A DNA stretch of 63,889 bases, filler included, from Acidimicrobiia bacterium (GCA_041619515.1; 3 parts of 3 records of this genome joined end to end with filler, not necessarily neighbours in it), one strand, 5' to 3'. Counted from the whole stretch's first letter, positions 10,226-20,445 are shown. Numbers and translations: made by a program. The notes: generated by a model not told the origin, from the letters alone.

Positions 10226-11785
10226 GCGGCCGACCCGCTCCGCCCACCCGTGTGCCGCCCGGGCTCGATCGGCATCGAGTGGCGGCGCCTCCAGCGCCCT
10301 GCCCACCGCCGCCGGCAAATCCTCGTCGAGGAATGTGCCTTCCACTCCCACCAGCGGCTCGAGGGGAGGCGCCGCCACCGGGACTCCCATCGCCAGCGAT
10401 TCGTACGCCTTGAGCGGACTCACCGCGTGCGTTGTCTCGTTGAGCTTGAACGGCACGAGGCTCACATCGGCCTGGGCCAGGTACCAGGGCAATTGGAACT
10501 GCGGCTTCAGCCCCAGGAAATGCACATTCGGCGGCACGGGCGGATGTCCGTGCTCGTCCCCGATCACCTGCAGGCGGGCTTGCGGGAAGCTCTCCCCGAC
10601 GGCCGCCAGCGCCTCCCAGTCGAACCAGTCTCCGTAGAGCGAGCCGTGGTAGGAGATGAGCGGACCGCTCCCGGCGGGGATGTCGGGGGGCACCTCGGCT
10701 GGTCTGCCCGTGAACATGTTCTGGTTGACCCCGTTGGGTATGTAGGCAACGGGACGCCCGCCACTTCGCTCCTGGAGGCTCTGCACGAGCAGCCGCGCCG
10801 ACCCGACGAGCGTATCGGCCGCGTCGATGAACTTCAGCTCGACATCCGGCTGATACCACCAGCCGCCGAGCGCTTCGTCCGACCAATCATCGATGAGGTC
10901 GTAGGCAACCCGAAACCCCGACCGGCTGAGAAAGCGGGTCGCCTTCCAAGCCGGGGGGCTGGGAATCTCGACCAGGGCGATACGGAGATCAGTCTCGAGC
11001 CTGGCGGCGTAAGAGGCGGGGTCGAAATCCTCCAACCGCCACTCCTCCAGCCGCGGGTGAACGAACCGCAAGCCCAGGTCGACCGAGTGGCCCGAGCCGT
11101 ACTCAGCGACATACGTGACGTGAAACCCGCGTCGGCACAGCTCCATCGCGATCTGAGCTCCCCGAAACCCGCCTCCGACGTCGTGGAGTGGCACAGCCGC
11201 CAGCACCACTGCTGCCCCCACCGTTGTGATGGGGTCGACCCGGGTTGGAAGCGCCGGCACTCCCGGGCCCGGGATCACCGCCAGGTGGTGTCCGGCCTGA
11301 GTGATCCGTGCGAACAGCCCCGCCAGGTTGGCGTCGCCCGGCGGCATACCCCCGATCTCGTCCCATACCGCCCGGCGCACCGAAATGGCGGCGGGGCTCA
11401 CGCGGGGGAATTGGCCGGTGCCGAGCCCCTCGGGGGTGGCGACGCCGAACACCGCGGCGGCTACCGCCGGATCGGCCATCGGCCGGGCGAGGTCGGCCGC
11501 CTCTGCAGCCGAGAGGGGTGCGGCGACAACCGAAACGGGATCACTCAGATCCGGGTCGACGGCACCGGGGTATTGGAGGGGGACCTCGGGGCCGGCACCA
11601 TAGGTTTCCGGCGACGTGACCCGCACGGTATCGGGTGTGCGATCGAGCCAGTCCCGGCGCGCATCCGGATCGGCGAGCATGACGTCGATGTTGAGGGCAC
11701 CGGACGGCCGGAGGGCGGGTCGCAGCCGCCGCGCCAGCCGGTCGGGGATGAGGCGGCGAGCAAGTGCCTTGAGGCGGGGGCTCAC
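10061..11785 (-). CDS. Glycosyltransferase (degenerate GT2-like N-terminus + GT4-like C-terminus)
   Basis: YDLIDDW, IPNGVN, YHGSLYGDWFDW and SPLKAYESLAMGVPV. GTG 11785 overlaps the upstream TGA. The upstream part of the 1149-aa track ORF is shadow. Confidence 0.8.
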   Translation of the reverse strand: MSPRLKALARRLIPDRLARRLRPALRPSGALNIDVMLADPDARRDWLDRTPDTVRVTSPETYGAGPEVPLQYPGAVDPDLSDPVSVVAAPLSAAEAADLARPMADPAVAAAVFGVATPEGLGTGQFPRVSPAAISVRRAVWDEIGGMPPGDANLAGLFARITQAGHHLAVIPGPGVPALPTRVDPITTVGAAVVLAAVPLHDVGGGFRGAQIAMELCRRGFHVTYVAEYGSGHSVDLGLRFVHPRLEEWRLEDFDPASYAARLETDLRIALVEIPSPPAWKATRFLSRSGFRVAYDLIDDWSDEALGGWWYQPDVELKFIDAADTLVGSARLLVQSLQERSGGRPVAYIPNGVNQNMFTGRPAEVPPDIPAGSGPLISYHGSLYGDWFDWEALAAVGESFPQARLQVIGDEHGHPPVPPNVHFLGLKPQFQLPWYLAQADVSLVPFKLNETTHAVSPLKAYESLAMGVPVAAPPLEPLVGVEGTFLDEDLPAAVGRALEAPPLDADRARAAHGWAERVGRLFDAFGLPLPDPDGSDIVVKERPPHRYVAGLRLREATRVAGEPQEGQAEQPRHV

Positions 11786-14415
11786 GGAAGCCAAGCCGGG
11801 AACCTCCCCTCCACTTCTGGGCGCACCCGGTGAACAGGGGTTCGAAACCCGGCTGGGTCGATGGCCCATCGGGGGTGGGGAAATGCCCCCCGATAATTGG
11901 ATTCCACCAACGCCGGCCCCGAGCCCCTCGTTCCCGCCTTGGCAAGGCGGTCGGGAGCAGCATCCGGGTCGAGCAGTGACCATCGACGCCACAGGGTCGG
12001 ATGGCGCCCGGCCTCCACGGCACTGGCGTAGGCGTCCACGTCTTCCTCGAGTGAAGCGGCCAGCTCGCCGAGCAGGCCCGGACCGGCGTCGGCAACCGGC
12101 CGCCAGTCGATCAGGAACTTGCCCCGGGCCGAGTGCACGGCCGAGCCGAGCCACGAGCCGGCCTGCCGCATCGGCCAGCCCCGTCGGCGGCACAGCTCCT
12201 CCAAGGCCGGAGCGGCCGGGCCGATCGCCACCACCTCGACGTCGTCGAGCTCCTGGGCGGCGAGGAGGGACACATCGGCCTGTGGGTGGACGAGGACCGA
12301 GACCCACGGGTACCACTCGGCCTTGATTGCGCGCAACCGTTCCGGGTCGTAGAGGGAAGGGTGGGAGGTAGCGATCTCGAGCCGTGCGTCCTCGAAGCGT
12401 GCCTCTGTCGTCACGCTCATGGAGATTCCGTGCTGCCGATACCTGAAGAGGGGCCGGGGGACTTCCACCTGGCCCCAGCCATCCTCCAAGAATCTGATCC
12501 ACAAATCCCAGTCCTCGTTGCCCTGGCGGCGCCCGGTGTCGTACCCCCCGACCCGGCGCCACGCCTCGGCCCGGATGAGGGCACAGCCGACAACCGAGGT
12601 GGACAGGAGCAGCTGATACGGGTTGAACGGACGGTCGATCCACACCAGGTTCTGGTTCCCGAAGAGGCGAGTCCACGTATGGGCATAGGCCGCTGCCGGG
12701 TGGCGGTCGAGGGCGTCGACCGTCTCGGTCAGGAATGCCGGCGTGAGCTCGTCGTCGGCATCGAGGGGCACGAGATATCGGCCGCGAGCGGCCCGCATGC
12801 CGGCATTGCGGGCGGCCGGAAGGCCCTGATTGCGCTGGCGGATGATACGGGTGCGGGGGTAATGGAGGGACCGGAGCACCGCCCGGGTGTGAGGGTCGGT
12901 GCTCCCGTCGTCGACGACGAGGATCTCCCATGACGGGAACGCTTGGCGAAACACGCTCCGGATGGCGTCGTGGAGGAACGCACCCTGGTTGAAGCACGGG
13001 ATCACGATCGAAACGATCGGTTGGGTCAGCTCGGGGTAGCTCCCATCCCACATGTCTGCCATCTGCTCGCGTTCCCAGGCGCCCGCCGCTCTCCTCCTCC
13101 GCCAACGCCGCAGCGCCGGATGGGCGGGCCCCCGCCGTTCCAGCTTCGATGCCGCAAACTCGGGCAGACCGTCCAGGATGCGGTCGGCCAGTTGTGAAGC
13201 AGCCGGGCGAGACGGCTCGGCCGGGCGGGCGGCAGCCTCGACCCGCCGCAGCGCCGCCGTCGCCAGGCCGGCCTGTGTTCGGGGGTGTCGCGGAGCGAGG
13301 GGCCGGTAGGGAGCAAGCGGATTGCCGTAGGCCGGAAGCGGCGCGGCGCCCATCTCCGCCAGCACGTCCGGACGAGCAATGAGCTCTGCCAGGGCGGTTC
13401 TCAAGCCCGCAACGGTGCCGTCGTACACGCGGGCGCCGCTGCGGTAGCCGAAGAACCCGCCGAACTCCGGAAGCTGGGGCACGACGATGGGCAGCCCAAG
13501 CTGCCGGCACTCATGAGCAGCCAGACAAAAGGTCTCGAACCGGGTGGGGAACACCGCGATCCAGGCGGTGGAGAGTGCTTCGGCCAGGTGATGGCGGTCG
13601 ACCGCCGGTTCGAATCGAACCCGGCCCGCCAGGTGGCTTGGTATCAGCGACCGCAGGTGAGCAGTCATGGACTTGCCGGATTTGAGCCTCCAGCCGTCGG
13701 GGCCGATGAATCGCAGGGTTGCGCTGCTCTCCTCCTCCATGATCGGCATCATCGCCTGCAACAGGTCCTCGGGGCCCTTCTCCTCAGCCAGCCTTCCGTA
13801 GTAGACGACCTCGGGCGCAGGGGCGGGGGCATGGACGGCGGCTCCCACGGCGGGAACCGGGAGCTCGCCGATTCGAATGCGCTCGGGCTCGAGGTCGTAG
13901 TGCGTGGCGATCAGCTCCGCCACCGCCCGGGAGGGGACGATCACGGCGTCAGCCATGCGGTACGCCTCACGTTCCATCGAGCGCGCAACCGCCTGGTACC
14001 CGGTGGGCAGGCCGAGGCGATCGAACACGAGGTCGATGGGGCCGTGGGCCCTGACCACAATGGGCATGCGCGACAGCCCCATAACTCCGCGACGCATGAG
14101 AGCCCACAGCCCTAGTCCGTGGAAATCCTGGAACTCGACGAGGTCGGGCTGTTCCTCGAGGCGGGTGAGCGCCTCGGCAGCCGCTCGAGAGTTGGCCCTG
14201 TGCTGGTCGGGCGCATCCCGATCCCTCACCCCGGGCTCGATCCACGTGACGGGGATGTCGAAATCGGGGATGGGCTCGGGTGGATCGGCCACCAGCAGCA
14301 CCTCGACTCGATGTCCGGCGGCCTGGAGCAGGCGAGCGGTCTCTGCGACCACGGTGCCAGCTCCGCCCGGCAGGATCGGGTCGATCTCGGTGGACACGAA
14401 GACTATGTACATCAC
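11782..14415 (-). CDS. Multi-domain glycosyltransferase (GT4 + GT2)
   Basis: GT4: GGAGT, YYGRLAEEKGPEDL, FPTRFETFCLAAHE. GT2: SIVIPCFNQG, VDDGSTD, NQGLPAARNAG, LDADD, NEDWDLW. GTGA overlap with the upstream gene. Confidence 0.9.
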   Translation of the reverse strand: MMYIVFVSTEIDPILPGGAGTVVAETARLLQAAGHRVEVLLVADPPEPIPDFDIPVTWIEPGVRDRDAPDQHRANSRAAAEALTRLEEQPDLVEFQDFHGLGLWALMRRGVMGLSRMPIVVRAHGPIDLVFDRLGLPTGYQAVARSMEREAYRMADAVIVPSRAVAELIATHYDLEPERIRIGELPVPAVGAAVHAPAPAPEVVYYGRLAEEKGPEDLLQAMMPIMEEESSATLRFIGPDGWRLKSGKSMTAHLRSLIPSHLAGRVRFEPAVDRHHLAEALSTAWIAVFPTRFETFCLAAHECRQLGLPIVVPQLPEFGGFFGYRSGARVYDGTVAGLRTALAELIARPDVLAEMGAAPLPAYGNPLAPYRPLAPRHPRTQAGLATAALRRVEAAARPAEPSRPAASQLADRILDGLPEFAASKLERRGPAHPALRRWRRRRAAGAWEREQMADMWDGSYPELTQPIVSIVIPCFNQGAFLHDAIRSVFRQAFPSWEILVVDDGSTDPHTRAVLRSLHYPRTRIIRQRNQGLPAARNAGMRAARGRYLVPLDADDELTPAFLTETVDALDRHPAAAYAHTWTRLFGNQNLVWIDRPFNPYQLLLSTSVVGCALIRAEAWRRVGGYDTGRRQGNEDWDLWIRFLEDGWGQVEVPRPLFRYRQHGISMSVTTEARFEDARLEIATSHPSLYDPERLRAIKAEWYPWVSVLVHPQADVSLLAAQELDDVEVVAIGPAAPALEELCRRRGWPMRQAGSWLGSAVHSARGKFLIDWRPVADAGPGLLGELAASLEEDVDAYASAVEAGRHPTLWRRWSLLDPDAAPDRLAKAGTRGSGPALVESNYRGAFPHPRWAIDPAGFRTPVHRVRPEVEGRFPAWLP

Positions 14416-15326
14416 GCCCGGCGGGAGCCAACCAGCCATCCGAGGCTTTGCGAGAGCAGCTGCAGCGTGTGAGCGATTGGGATGAGGAGGTACTTGCCGG
14501 CACCGTCGGCCCAGCGGTATTTGAATCGTGTGCGGCGCACCACCGAGACCAGCAGAGGGATCAGCACGAGGCCCGGCAGCCACCAGGCGATCAGAGCCGA
14601 GAGGAGCGCGGCCAGCAGGCTGCCCCAGTATCCGAGCAGGATTCTCCGGTAGGCCCCGCCCCGCAGCCCGGCTCTTCCATCTCCGACCCCCCACCGGAAT
14701 GCCTTGCGCACCATCTCGCCGAGGCCACGCGGGGGCCGCCACAGGATCACTGCCCCGCCCTCGAAGAAGGGTGTGAAGCCGGCGGCCTTGGCACGCTCCC
14801 CAAACAGGGTGTCTTCGGCAGCAGCCATCCCCTCCGGGAACCCACCCGCCCGTTCCCATACCTTCTTGCGGAAGGCTTGCGACGCGCCCGGTGGAGTGAT
14901 GAATTCGGGATTCACCTCCTCGAGGACGCTCATCATCGTCAGGCCGGCACAGGTCGATCGCAACGAGTGCCCCCGGGGCAGGTAGAACCCGGACACCCAA
15001 TCCTCTCCCCTGGTGAATGGGGCGGTGATCTTCTCCAGCCAATCCGGCCGGGCCACACAGCCGGCGTCGATGCAGGCCACGATGTCGTGCCCGGCGGCGG
15101 CAATGGCGGCGTTGCGGTTCTCGCTGATTCCCCCGGGCCCGTCGACCACCCGCAGCCGCGGGTTGGCTTCGGCCAGCTGGTCGAGCAGTTCTCGGGTTCC
15201 ATCGGTCGATCCACCGTCCGCCACCACTATCTCGGTGGCGGGAACGGTTTGAGACAGCAGCGAATCGACGAGAGCCTGGATGCTGGAACGCTCGTTCAGG
15301 GCAGGGGTAACGACGGAGATGTTCAT
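14412..15326 (-). CDS. Glycosyltransferase family 2
   Basis: ISVVTPALNE, ADGGSTDGT, IDAGC and AAEDTLF motifs, with C-terminal TM helices. Confidence 0.9.
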   Translation of the reverse strand: MNISVVTPALNERSSIQALVDSLLSQTVPATEIVVADGGSTDGTRELLDQLAEANPRLRVVDGPGGISENRNAAIAAAGHDIVACIDAGCVARPDWLEKITAPFTRGEDWVSGFYLPRGHSLRSTCAGLTMMSVLEEVNPEFITPPGASQAFRKKVWERAGGFPEGMAAAEDTLFGERAKAAGFTPFFEGGAVILWRPPRGLGEMVRKAFRWGVGDGRAGLRGGAYRRILLGYWGSLLAALLSALIAWWLPGLVLIPLLVSVVRRTRFKYRWADGAGKYLLIPIAHTLQLLSQSLGWLVGSRRA

Positions 15327-15368
15327 GGTCGGGCCATTATTGCCCGTCCCGGCCGCTCTGGTTGGCTC

Positions 15369-17606
15369 CTAGCGGCCGACGATGGTCCAGCGCCCGGCTA
15401 CCGGTGTCACGCCGGCGTTCCTGGGTCCGGCCCGGAGGATGTGGTCGGCCGTCCCCTGGGTGTTGGCCAGCCGAAAATACCAGTAGCCCTCCTGGTCGTT
15501 GTGCCAGGCGATGGTATCGACGCCGTTGCCGGTCCAGTCGCCTGCCATGACGGTCCCGGCATCGCTCCCCACGTACAGCGTCAGGTCGGGCGGACCGGGC
15601 CCCCCTCCCATGAAACGCATGGCGACGAACCCGTCGGATGCCCGGTACAGCCCGAGATCGTCCTTGCCGTCACCGTTGAAATCCCCTGCGAAGGGCACGC
15701 CGCCGGCCAGCGAGAACTCGAAGTCGAACTCGGCGATCTGGGTTCGGAGCTGGTTTGACACGTAGAAGCGGCCATTTGACGGCCGGTAGATGCTGAGGGT
15801 GTCCTTCCCGTCACCGTCCCAGTCACCGGCCAGGGGAAGGTCCCCGCCGATGCCGAAGAAGAACTCGATGGGCGCCACCTGGGTGGCGTTGGTGTTGGCC
15901 AGGTAGGCAAATCCGTTCGACGGCCGGAACATTCCCGGCGTCGACACATTGTCTCCGTTCCAGTCACCCATCAACGGGACGTCACCCGGCACCCCGAAGT
16001 AGAACTCGTGGTAGTTGCCGCCTTCCCAGGACAGGTTGTCACGCAAGTTGAACTCGAGGTTCCCGTTGACGTAGCCGATCTTCTCACAGGCGTTGGCGCC
16101 GACGCATTCCGGGCCGGCGTCCCATGGGCTCAGCTCGGGATGATCGAACCATGCCTGGAGATCGGCGCCGGGACCGGGATCGCCCCCCAGGTAGACCGAC
16201 ACCCTGGTGTCGTCGAAGTGGTAGATATCGGCCCGGCCGTCGCCGTCATAGTCGGCGACCTGGGCTCGGCCGCTCTCGGGGACCGAGCTGGACCAGTACG
16301 GCCCGGTCCAGTAGCCGGACCCGAAGCCGTTGGCCACGTAGACCTGGCGGCTCACGGAGCTGATGGCGTAGAGGTCCAGGGATCCGTTGCCGTCGTAGTC
16401 GCCGAGATCGAATCGGTTCCATTGCGGGCGAGCCCCGGTCTCCACCTCGATCAGAACCGTTTGGAAATCGTCGGCGCCATCGAGGATGTACAGCCGTCCG
16501 GTGGCGTCGATGAGGTAGGCCTCGACCTCTCGGTCTCCGTTGTAGTCGCCGGCCACCAGAACCACACCCTGGTCGACTGCCAGCGGGTGCTGGGCGATCA
16601 CCCGGGTGAATCGCTCGGCGTCTCCCACCGTGTCGCCGTACACGGTAAGGACGTCGGTGGCCCAATCGACGACCCACAGGTCTGCCCTGCTGTCGCCGTC
16701 GTAATCGGCGAAAGTCACGCCGTGGGTCCCCGAACTGCCCCCCACGTCGATGTTGGCGCGTATTCCCACGTCGCGAAAATCGCGGAACCCGGAGGAGATC
16801 TCGAGGCGAATCTCGCCGTTGTTGAGCCAGCGCCAGGCGTACACGTCCGGGGCGCCGTCCCGGCTGCGATCGACGACGTCGTAGTTCCAGTTTGCCGCCG
16901 GGATGTCCATCGCCCCCCCAAAACCGGTTTGGCGGAAGCCGCTCCGGCTCGTCGTCGGGGGCTGGGGAGAAGGGGACGTTGGGTAGCCGGGAGTGGCATT
17001 CGGTCCCATCCAGGAGAAATGCATGGCGTCCTTGATCGACTGCCAGTCTCCGCCCCAGCAGAAGCCGGCGTCCTGCCAGGCCTTGACGTACCACGCCGGC
17101 ATGTCGGTAACGAGGACGGGAGGGTCCTCGGTGTTGTAGGGATTCTGAGCCGGGTTGATATCGACCGCTGTTCCAAAGGCGTGAAATGACATCCGATGGC
17201 TGCCGCCGGTCACCGCACGGAAGGCATGGCCGTACGCCACATCGACCCGGTAGTAGTTCCCCTTGGCGTACTCGGCGGCCAGGTTCTGGTTGACAAGCTC
17301 GAAGGCAGGAAGCGCCAGGCGGTGAACCTGCACCGTCCGCGGGGATCGGTAGGGTTTCCAGGCAACGAGCTGGTCGTCGATGGAGTAGCCGTTGCGGCCG
17401 AAAAAGTCGGCCCACGGCCCGAAGATCCCCTGCTCGAGGGGCAACCAGCCTCCTTTTTGGGCCAGCGGACCGCGGAACCCGGCCGTGCCGCAGCCCTCGC
17501 TTTCGGTGAAATTGGGGGCGGCACCGGCCGGTGGGGCCGCAATCGCCGGTAGTGCGACAGCGGCGGCCACGATCAGGGTGAGAATGTGAGTCCAGCGCCG
17601 GCTCAT
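15369..17606 (-). CDS. Secreted M15-family (D-Ala-D-Ala/L-Ala-D-Glu type) metallopeptidase with FG-GAP/VCBS-like repeats
   Basis: Signal peptide. SFHAFGTAVDIN (SxHxxGxAxD) and WGGDW..KDAMHF. Repeats DYDGDSRAD, GDYNGD, GDYDGNG, GDWNGD, GDWDGDG and GDFNGDG. Confidence 0.85.
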   Translation of the reverse strand: MSRRWTHILTLIVAAAVALPAIAAPPAGAAPNFTESEGCGTAGFRGPLAQKGGWLPLEQGIFGPWADFFGRNGYSIDDQLVAWKPYRSPRTVQVHRLALPAFELVNQNLAAEYAKGNYYRVDVAYGHAFRAVTGGSHRMSFHAFGTAVDINPAQNPYNTEDPPVLVTDMPAWYVKAWQDAGFCWGGDWQSIKDAMHFSWMGPNATPGYPTSPSPQPPTTSRSGFRQTGFGGAMDIPAANWNYDVVDRSRDGAPDVYAWRWLNNGEIRLEISSGFRDFRDVGIRANIDVGGSSGTHGVTFADYDGDSRADLWVVDWATDVLTVYGDTVGDAERFTRVIAQHPLAVDQGVVLVAGDYNGDREVEAYLIDATGRLYILDGADDFQTVLIEVETGARPQWNRFDLGDYDGNGSLDLYAISSVSRQVYVANGFGSGYWTGPYWSSSVPESGRAQVADYDGDGRADIYHFDDTRVSVYLGGDPGPGADLQAWFDHPELSPWDAGPECVGANACEKIGYVNGNLEFNLRDNLSWEGGNYHEFYFGVPGDVPLMGDWNGDNVSTPGMFRPSNGFAYLANTNATQVAPIEFFFGIGGDLPLAGDWDGDGKDTLSIYRPSNGRFYVSNQLRTQIAEFDFEFSLAGGVPFAGDFNGDGKDDLGLYRASDGFVAMRFMGGGPGPPDLTLYVGSDAGTVMAGDWTGNGVDTIAWHNDQEGYWYFRLANTQGTADHILRAGPRNAGVTPVAGRWTIVGR

Positions 17607-17633
17607 CGGGAACAACCTACCGTCGCCGAGCGA

Positions 17634-18905
17634 CTACTGGGCCCCGAAGCCGGAAAGCACCGTCCACACGCTGCGCCCGAGAATCGAAAGATCGAGCCAG
17701 GGTGAAACGTGCTTGAGGTAGTACAGGTCATAGGAGAGTTTTTCGACAGTCTCGATCTCGTTATCGGCGTACCCAAAGTTCACCTGAGCCCAGCCGGTCA
17801 CCCCGGGGCGTATCAGATGGCGGTGAGTGTAGAACGGAATCGTCTGGCCGAATCTCTCGACGAATGGCAGTTGTTCGGGACGCGGGCCGACCAGGCTGAG
17901 ATCGCCTTTCAGGACATTCCACAGCTGGGGAAGCTCGTCCACCCGAAACCGCCGCAGCCCGGCGCCCACCCGTGTGAGTCGTTCATCATCGGGGATTGCG
18001 AACTGGGGGCCGTTGACGTCGGCGTCGTGCACCATCGTGCGGAACTTGTACAGGGTGAAGGGCTTGCCGCCTCTTCCGGCTCGCTCTTGAGCGAAAATGG
18101 CCGGCCCGCTCGAGTCGAGCCGGATCACCATGGCGATGATCCCCGACAGCAGCAGCCAAATCGGAGCCGTGATGGCTACCAGGACGACATCGATGAACCG
18201 CTTGAGACCCACATACACGCCCCGCGCTTCGAGAGGCTCGGTGAGCTCCCACCCCTCCATGAGATGAACGATCGGGAGGCGCCCGGTGTGCTCTTCGTAC
18301 ACGCTGGTGAAGCCACGCATGGAACGCCCCGCCAGATGCAGCGACGAGATGTACTGGGCCATCGTGTCGGACAGCACCGCCCTGAGGTCGACGGCCATGA
18401 CGGTGCCGGGAGGGTATGGGCGGGTTGGAGGCTCGCCCCGGGGATCGAGCGAGTCGACGAGGCTGGCGTGGGGGGCGTTGCGGAGGTCCTCGACCAGCTC
18501 CTTCTCGTTCGAGATGGCGACGATGCTCTCTGCCCACGGACGGCGCCGCCGATAGGCCCGGTGCCCGAGCGCCAAACCGAGCCAGGCGACCGAGGTGATG
18601 ATGAAGAAGGGTCGCGACCAGTACATCCGGGTGGACACGACCGCCAGAGCGGTGATCGAAACTCCGATCGAGACGATAGAAACGGCTCTCCCGTAGGAGG
18701 GCCGGGGCGCGCCTTGACCCCAGGATCGGACGCTGACGTAGCTCCCGACCACGGCGCCCGCGAACATGGCCCCGAATATCGGATAGACCCGGACGGGCTC
18801 GACGCCCTGTCCGAAATCGGGGACCAGCGCGAGGCCGACGAGGACGGCGACCGCCAGCGCGGCGATATCGAGAATGGCAGTGGTGGTCAGAAAGCGGCGG
18901 CGCAT
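17634..18905 (-). CDS. Priming polyprenyl-phosphate glycosylphosphotransferase (WcaJ/WbaP-like)
   Basis: Four N-terminal TMs, then KRFID, KFRTM, DELPQLWNVLKGDLSLVGPRPE, RPGVTGWAQV and YDLYY. Confidence 0.93.
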   Translation of the reverse strand: MRRRFLTTTAILDIAALAVAVLVGLALVPDFGQGVEPVRVYPIFGAMFAGAVVGSYVSVRSWGQGAPRPSYGRAVSIVSIGVSITALAVVSTRMYWSRPFFIITSVAWLGLALGHRAYRRRRPWAESIVAISNEKELVEDLRNAPHASLVDSLDPRGEPPTRPYPPGTVMAVDLRAVLSDTMAQYISSLHLAGRSMRGFTSVYEEHTGRLPIVHLMEGWELTEPLEARGVYVGLKRFIDVVLVAITAPIWLLLSGIIAMVIRLDSSGPAIFAQERAGRGGKPFTLYKFRTMVHDADVNGPQFAIPDDERLTRVGAGLRRFRVDELPQLWNVLKGDLSLVGPRPEQLPFVERFGQTIPFYTHRHLIRPGVTGWAQVNFGYADNEIETVEKLSYDLYYLKHVSPWLDLSILGRSVWTVLSGFGAQ

Positions 18906-18945
18906 CGTCGAGGAGAGTAGTCGAGCCTGCAACTATCGGCCGCGA

Positions 18946-18985
18946 AATCCCGGCGGCGGCGCGGGATGCCGGTCCGGCCGGGATT
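18946..18985 (-). terminator. Putative hairpin terminator after pepA
   Basis: Inverted repeat AATCCCGGC (18946-18954) / GCCGGGATT (18977-18985) directly after the pepA stop. Confidence 0.45.
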
Positions 18986-18987
18986 GC

Positions 18988-20445
18988 CTAGTCGCCGCCG
19001 GCGGTTTCGATGAGCTTCACGAGCGTCCGCACGCCGAATCCGGACCCGCCCTTCACCTGGTAGTGCTCGTCGTCCGGCCAGCGAGCAGGACCCGCGATAT
19101 CGAGGTGCACCCAGGGGACGTCGCCGACGAACTCTTTCAAGAAGAGGGCGGCGTTGATGGAGCCGCCGTACCGAGGTCCGGTGTTCTTCATGTCGGCCAC
19201 GTCCGAGTCGATGTTCTTCCGGTAGTAGCCGGGCAACGGCATGTGCCATACCGCCTCTCCCGCCTCCCGGGCTGCGGCCTTCACCTGTTCGATCGCTTCG
19301 TCGGTGTTGCCCCACAACCCGGCGATCTTCTCACCGAGGGCAATGGGACAGGCGCCGGTGAGTGTGGCTGCGTCCACGATGAGATCGGGCTCTTCCTCGG
19401 CGGCCAATGACAGGGCATCTGCCAGCACCAGCCGCCCTTCGGCGTCGGTGTTGAGCACCTCGACGGTCTTACCGTTGCGGGGCGTGAGAACGTCGCCCGG
19501 CCGTTGAGCCCCGCCTCCGGGCATGTTCTCGGTCACGGGTGCCAGCGCCATCACCCGCACCGGGGGGTTGAGGCTTGCCACGGCCTGCATCGTGGCCAGC
19601 ACCACCGCCGCTCCCGACATGTCGGTTTTCATCGCCTCCATCGAGGCTGGCGGCTTGAGGGACAGGCCGCCCGAGTCGAACACGATCCCCTTGCCGACGA
19701 TGGCGATGAAGGCCTTCGGTTCAACGGGCTCGTGGCGCAGCACGATCATCGCAGCCGGCTGATGGGACCCGGCGGCGACTCCCATCAACCCTCCGAACCG
19801 CATCTCCTCGAACTGGCTCGGCTCATAGACGGTGACGTCCAGCCCTCCGCCGGCGGCGATCTCACGTGCGATCTCGGCCAGCCGGGTCGGCGATTTGCCG
19901 GCGGGAGGCTCGTTGATGAGGTCCCGGGCGAGGTTGACTGCCTCGGCGGTGACCCGGGCGCGAGCCGACGCCACCGCCACGTCCTCCGCCCCGGATTGCA
20001 GCAGCGTCACCCGCTCGAGCTTGGAGGGCTTCTTCTCGGTCCGGTATTTATCGAACCGATACTGGGCGAGGAGCAAGCCCTCGAGAACCGCTACCTCGGA
20101 CCCGGACATCTCCACCAGATGGAGGGTGGTGGCGAGGGAGGCGTCGCGAGTGGCCTTCTTGCCGGCCTCCCCCGCCCCTTGCCGAAGCTGTTCGAGGTCG
20201 GGCTCTTCGCCGAGGCCGACGAGAAGCAGCCGCTTGAAGGCGAGCCGACCGCGAACCGACACCGACGCAACCGAGCCGGGCTTGCCGCTGAAGTCGAGCT
20301 CATCGAGACTTTCGATCAGGAAATCGCCGAGCTGTTCCGCCACCCAGTCGGCCCCCGGGCCCCAGTTGCGTTCGCCCAAGACCGGGACCACGAGGACGTC
20401 ACCCGACGCCTCCGACAGCTCGCCGCCCGCCTCGATTTCGATCAT
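18988..20445 (-). CDS. pepA: Leucyl aminopeptidase (M17)
   Basis: VGKGIVFDSGGLSLK, MKTDMSG, NTDAEGRL and ATLTGA. AAGGAG RBS before ATG 20445. Confidence 0.95.
   Translation of the reverse strand: MIEIEAGGELSEASGDVLVVPVLGERNWGPGADWVAEQLGDFLIESLDELDFSGKPGSVASVSVRGRLAFKRLLLVGLGEEPDLEQLRQGAGEAGKKATRDASLATTLHLVEMSGSEVAVLEGLLLAQYRFDKYRTEKKPSKLERVTLLQSGAEDVAVASARARVTAEAVNLARDLINEPPAGKSPTRLAEIAREIAAGGGLDVTVYEPSQFEEMRFGGLMGVAAGSHQPAAMIVLRHEPVEPKAFIAIVGKGIVFDSGGLSLKPPASMEAMKTDMSGAAVVLATMQAVASLNPPVRVMALAPVTENMPGGGAQRPGDVLTPRNGKTVEVLNTDAEGRLVLADALSLAAEEEPDLIVDAATLTGACPIALGEKIAGLWGNTDEAIEQVKAAAREAGEAVWHMPLPGYYRKNIDSDVADMKNTGPRYGGSINAALFLKEFVGDVPWVHLDIAGPARWPDDEHYQVKGGSGFGVRTLVKLIETAGGD

Noticed and set aside
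11786..13510. N-terminal half of the 1149-aa track ORF, and similar long extensions (20442..22286, 22770..25943, 50218..52281, 60453..62702, 25712..26275)
   Set aside because: These are Arg/Pro/Gly-rich off-frame or antisense read-through typical of high-GC DNA, overlapping well-supported genes. They are not real fusions.
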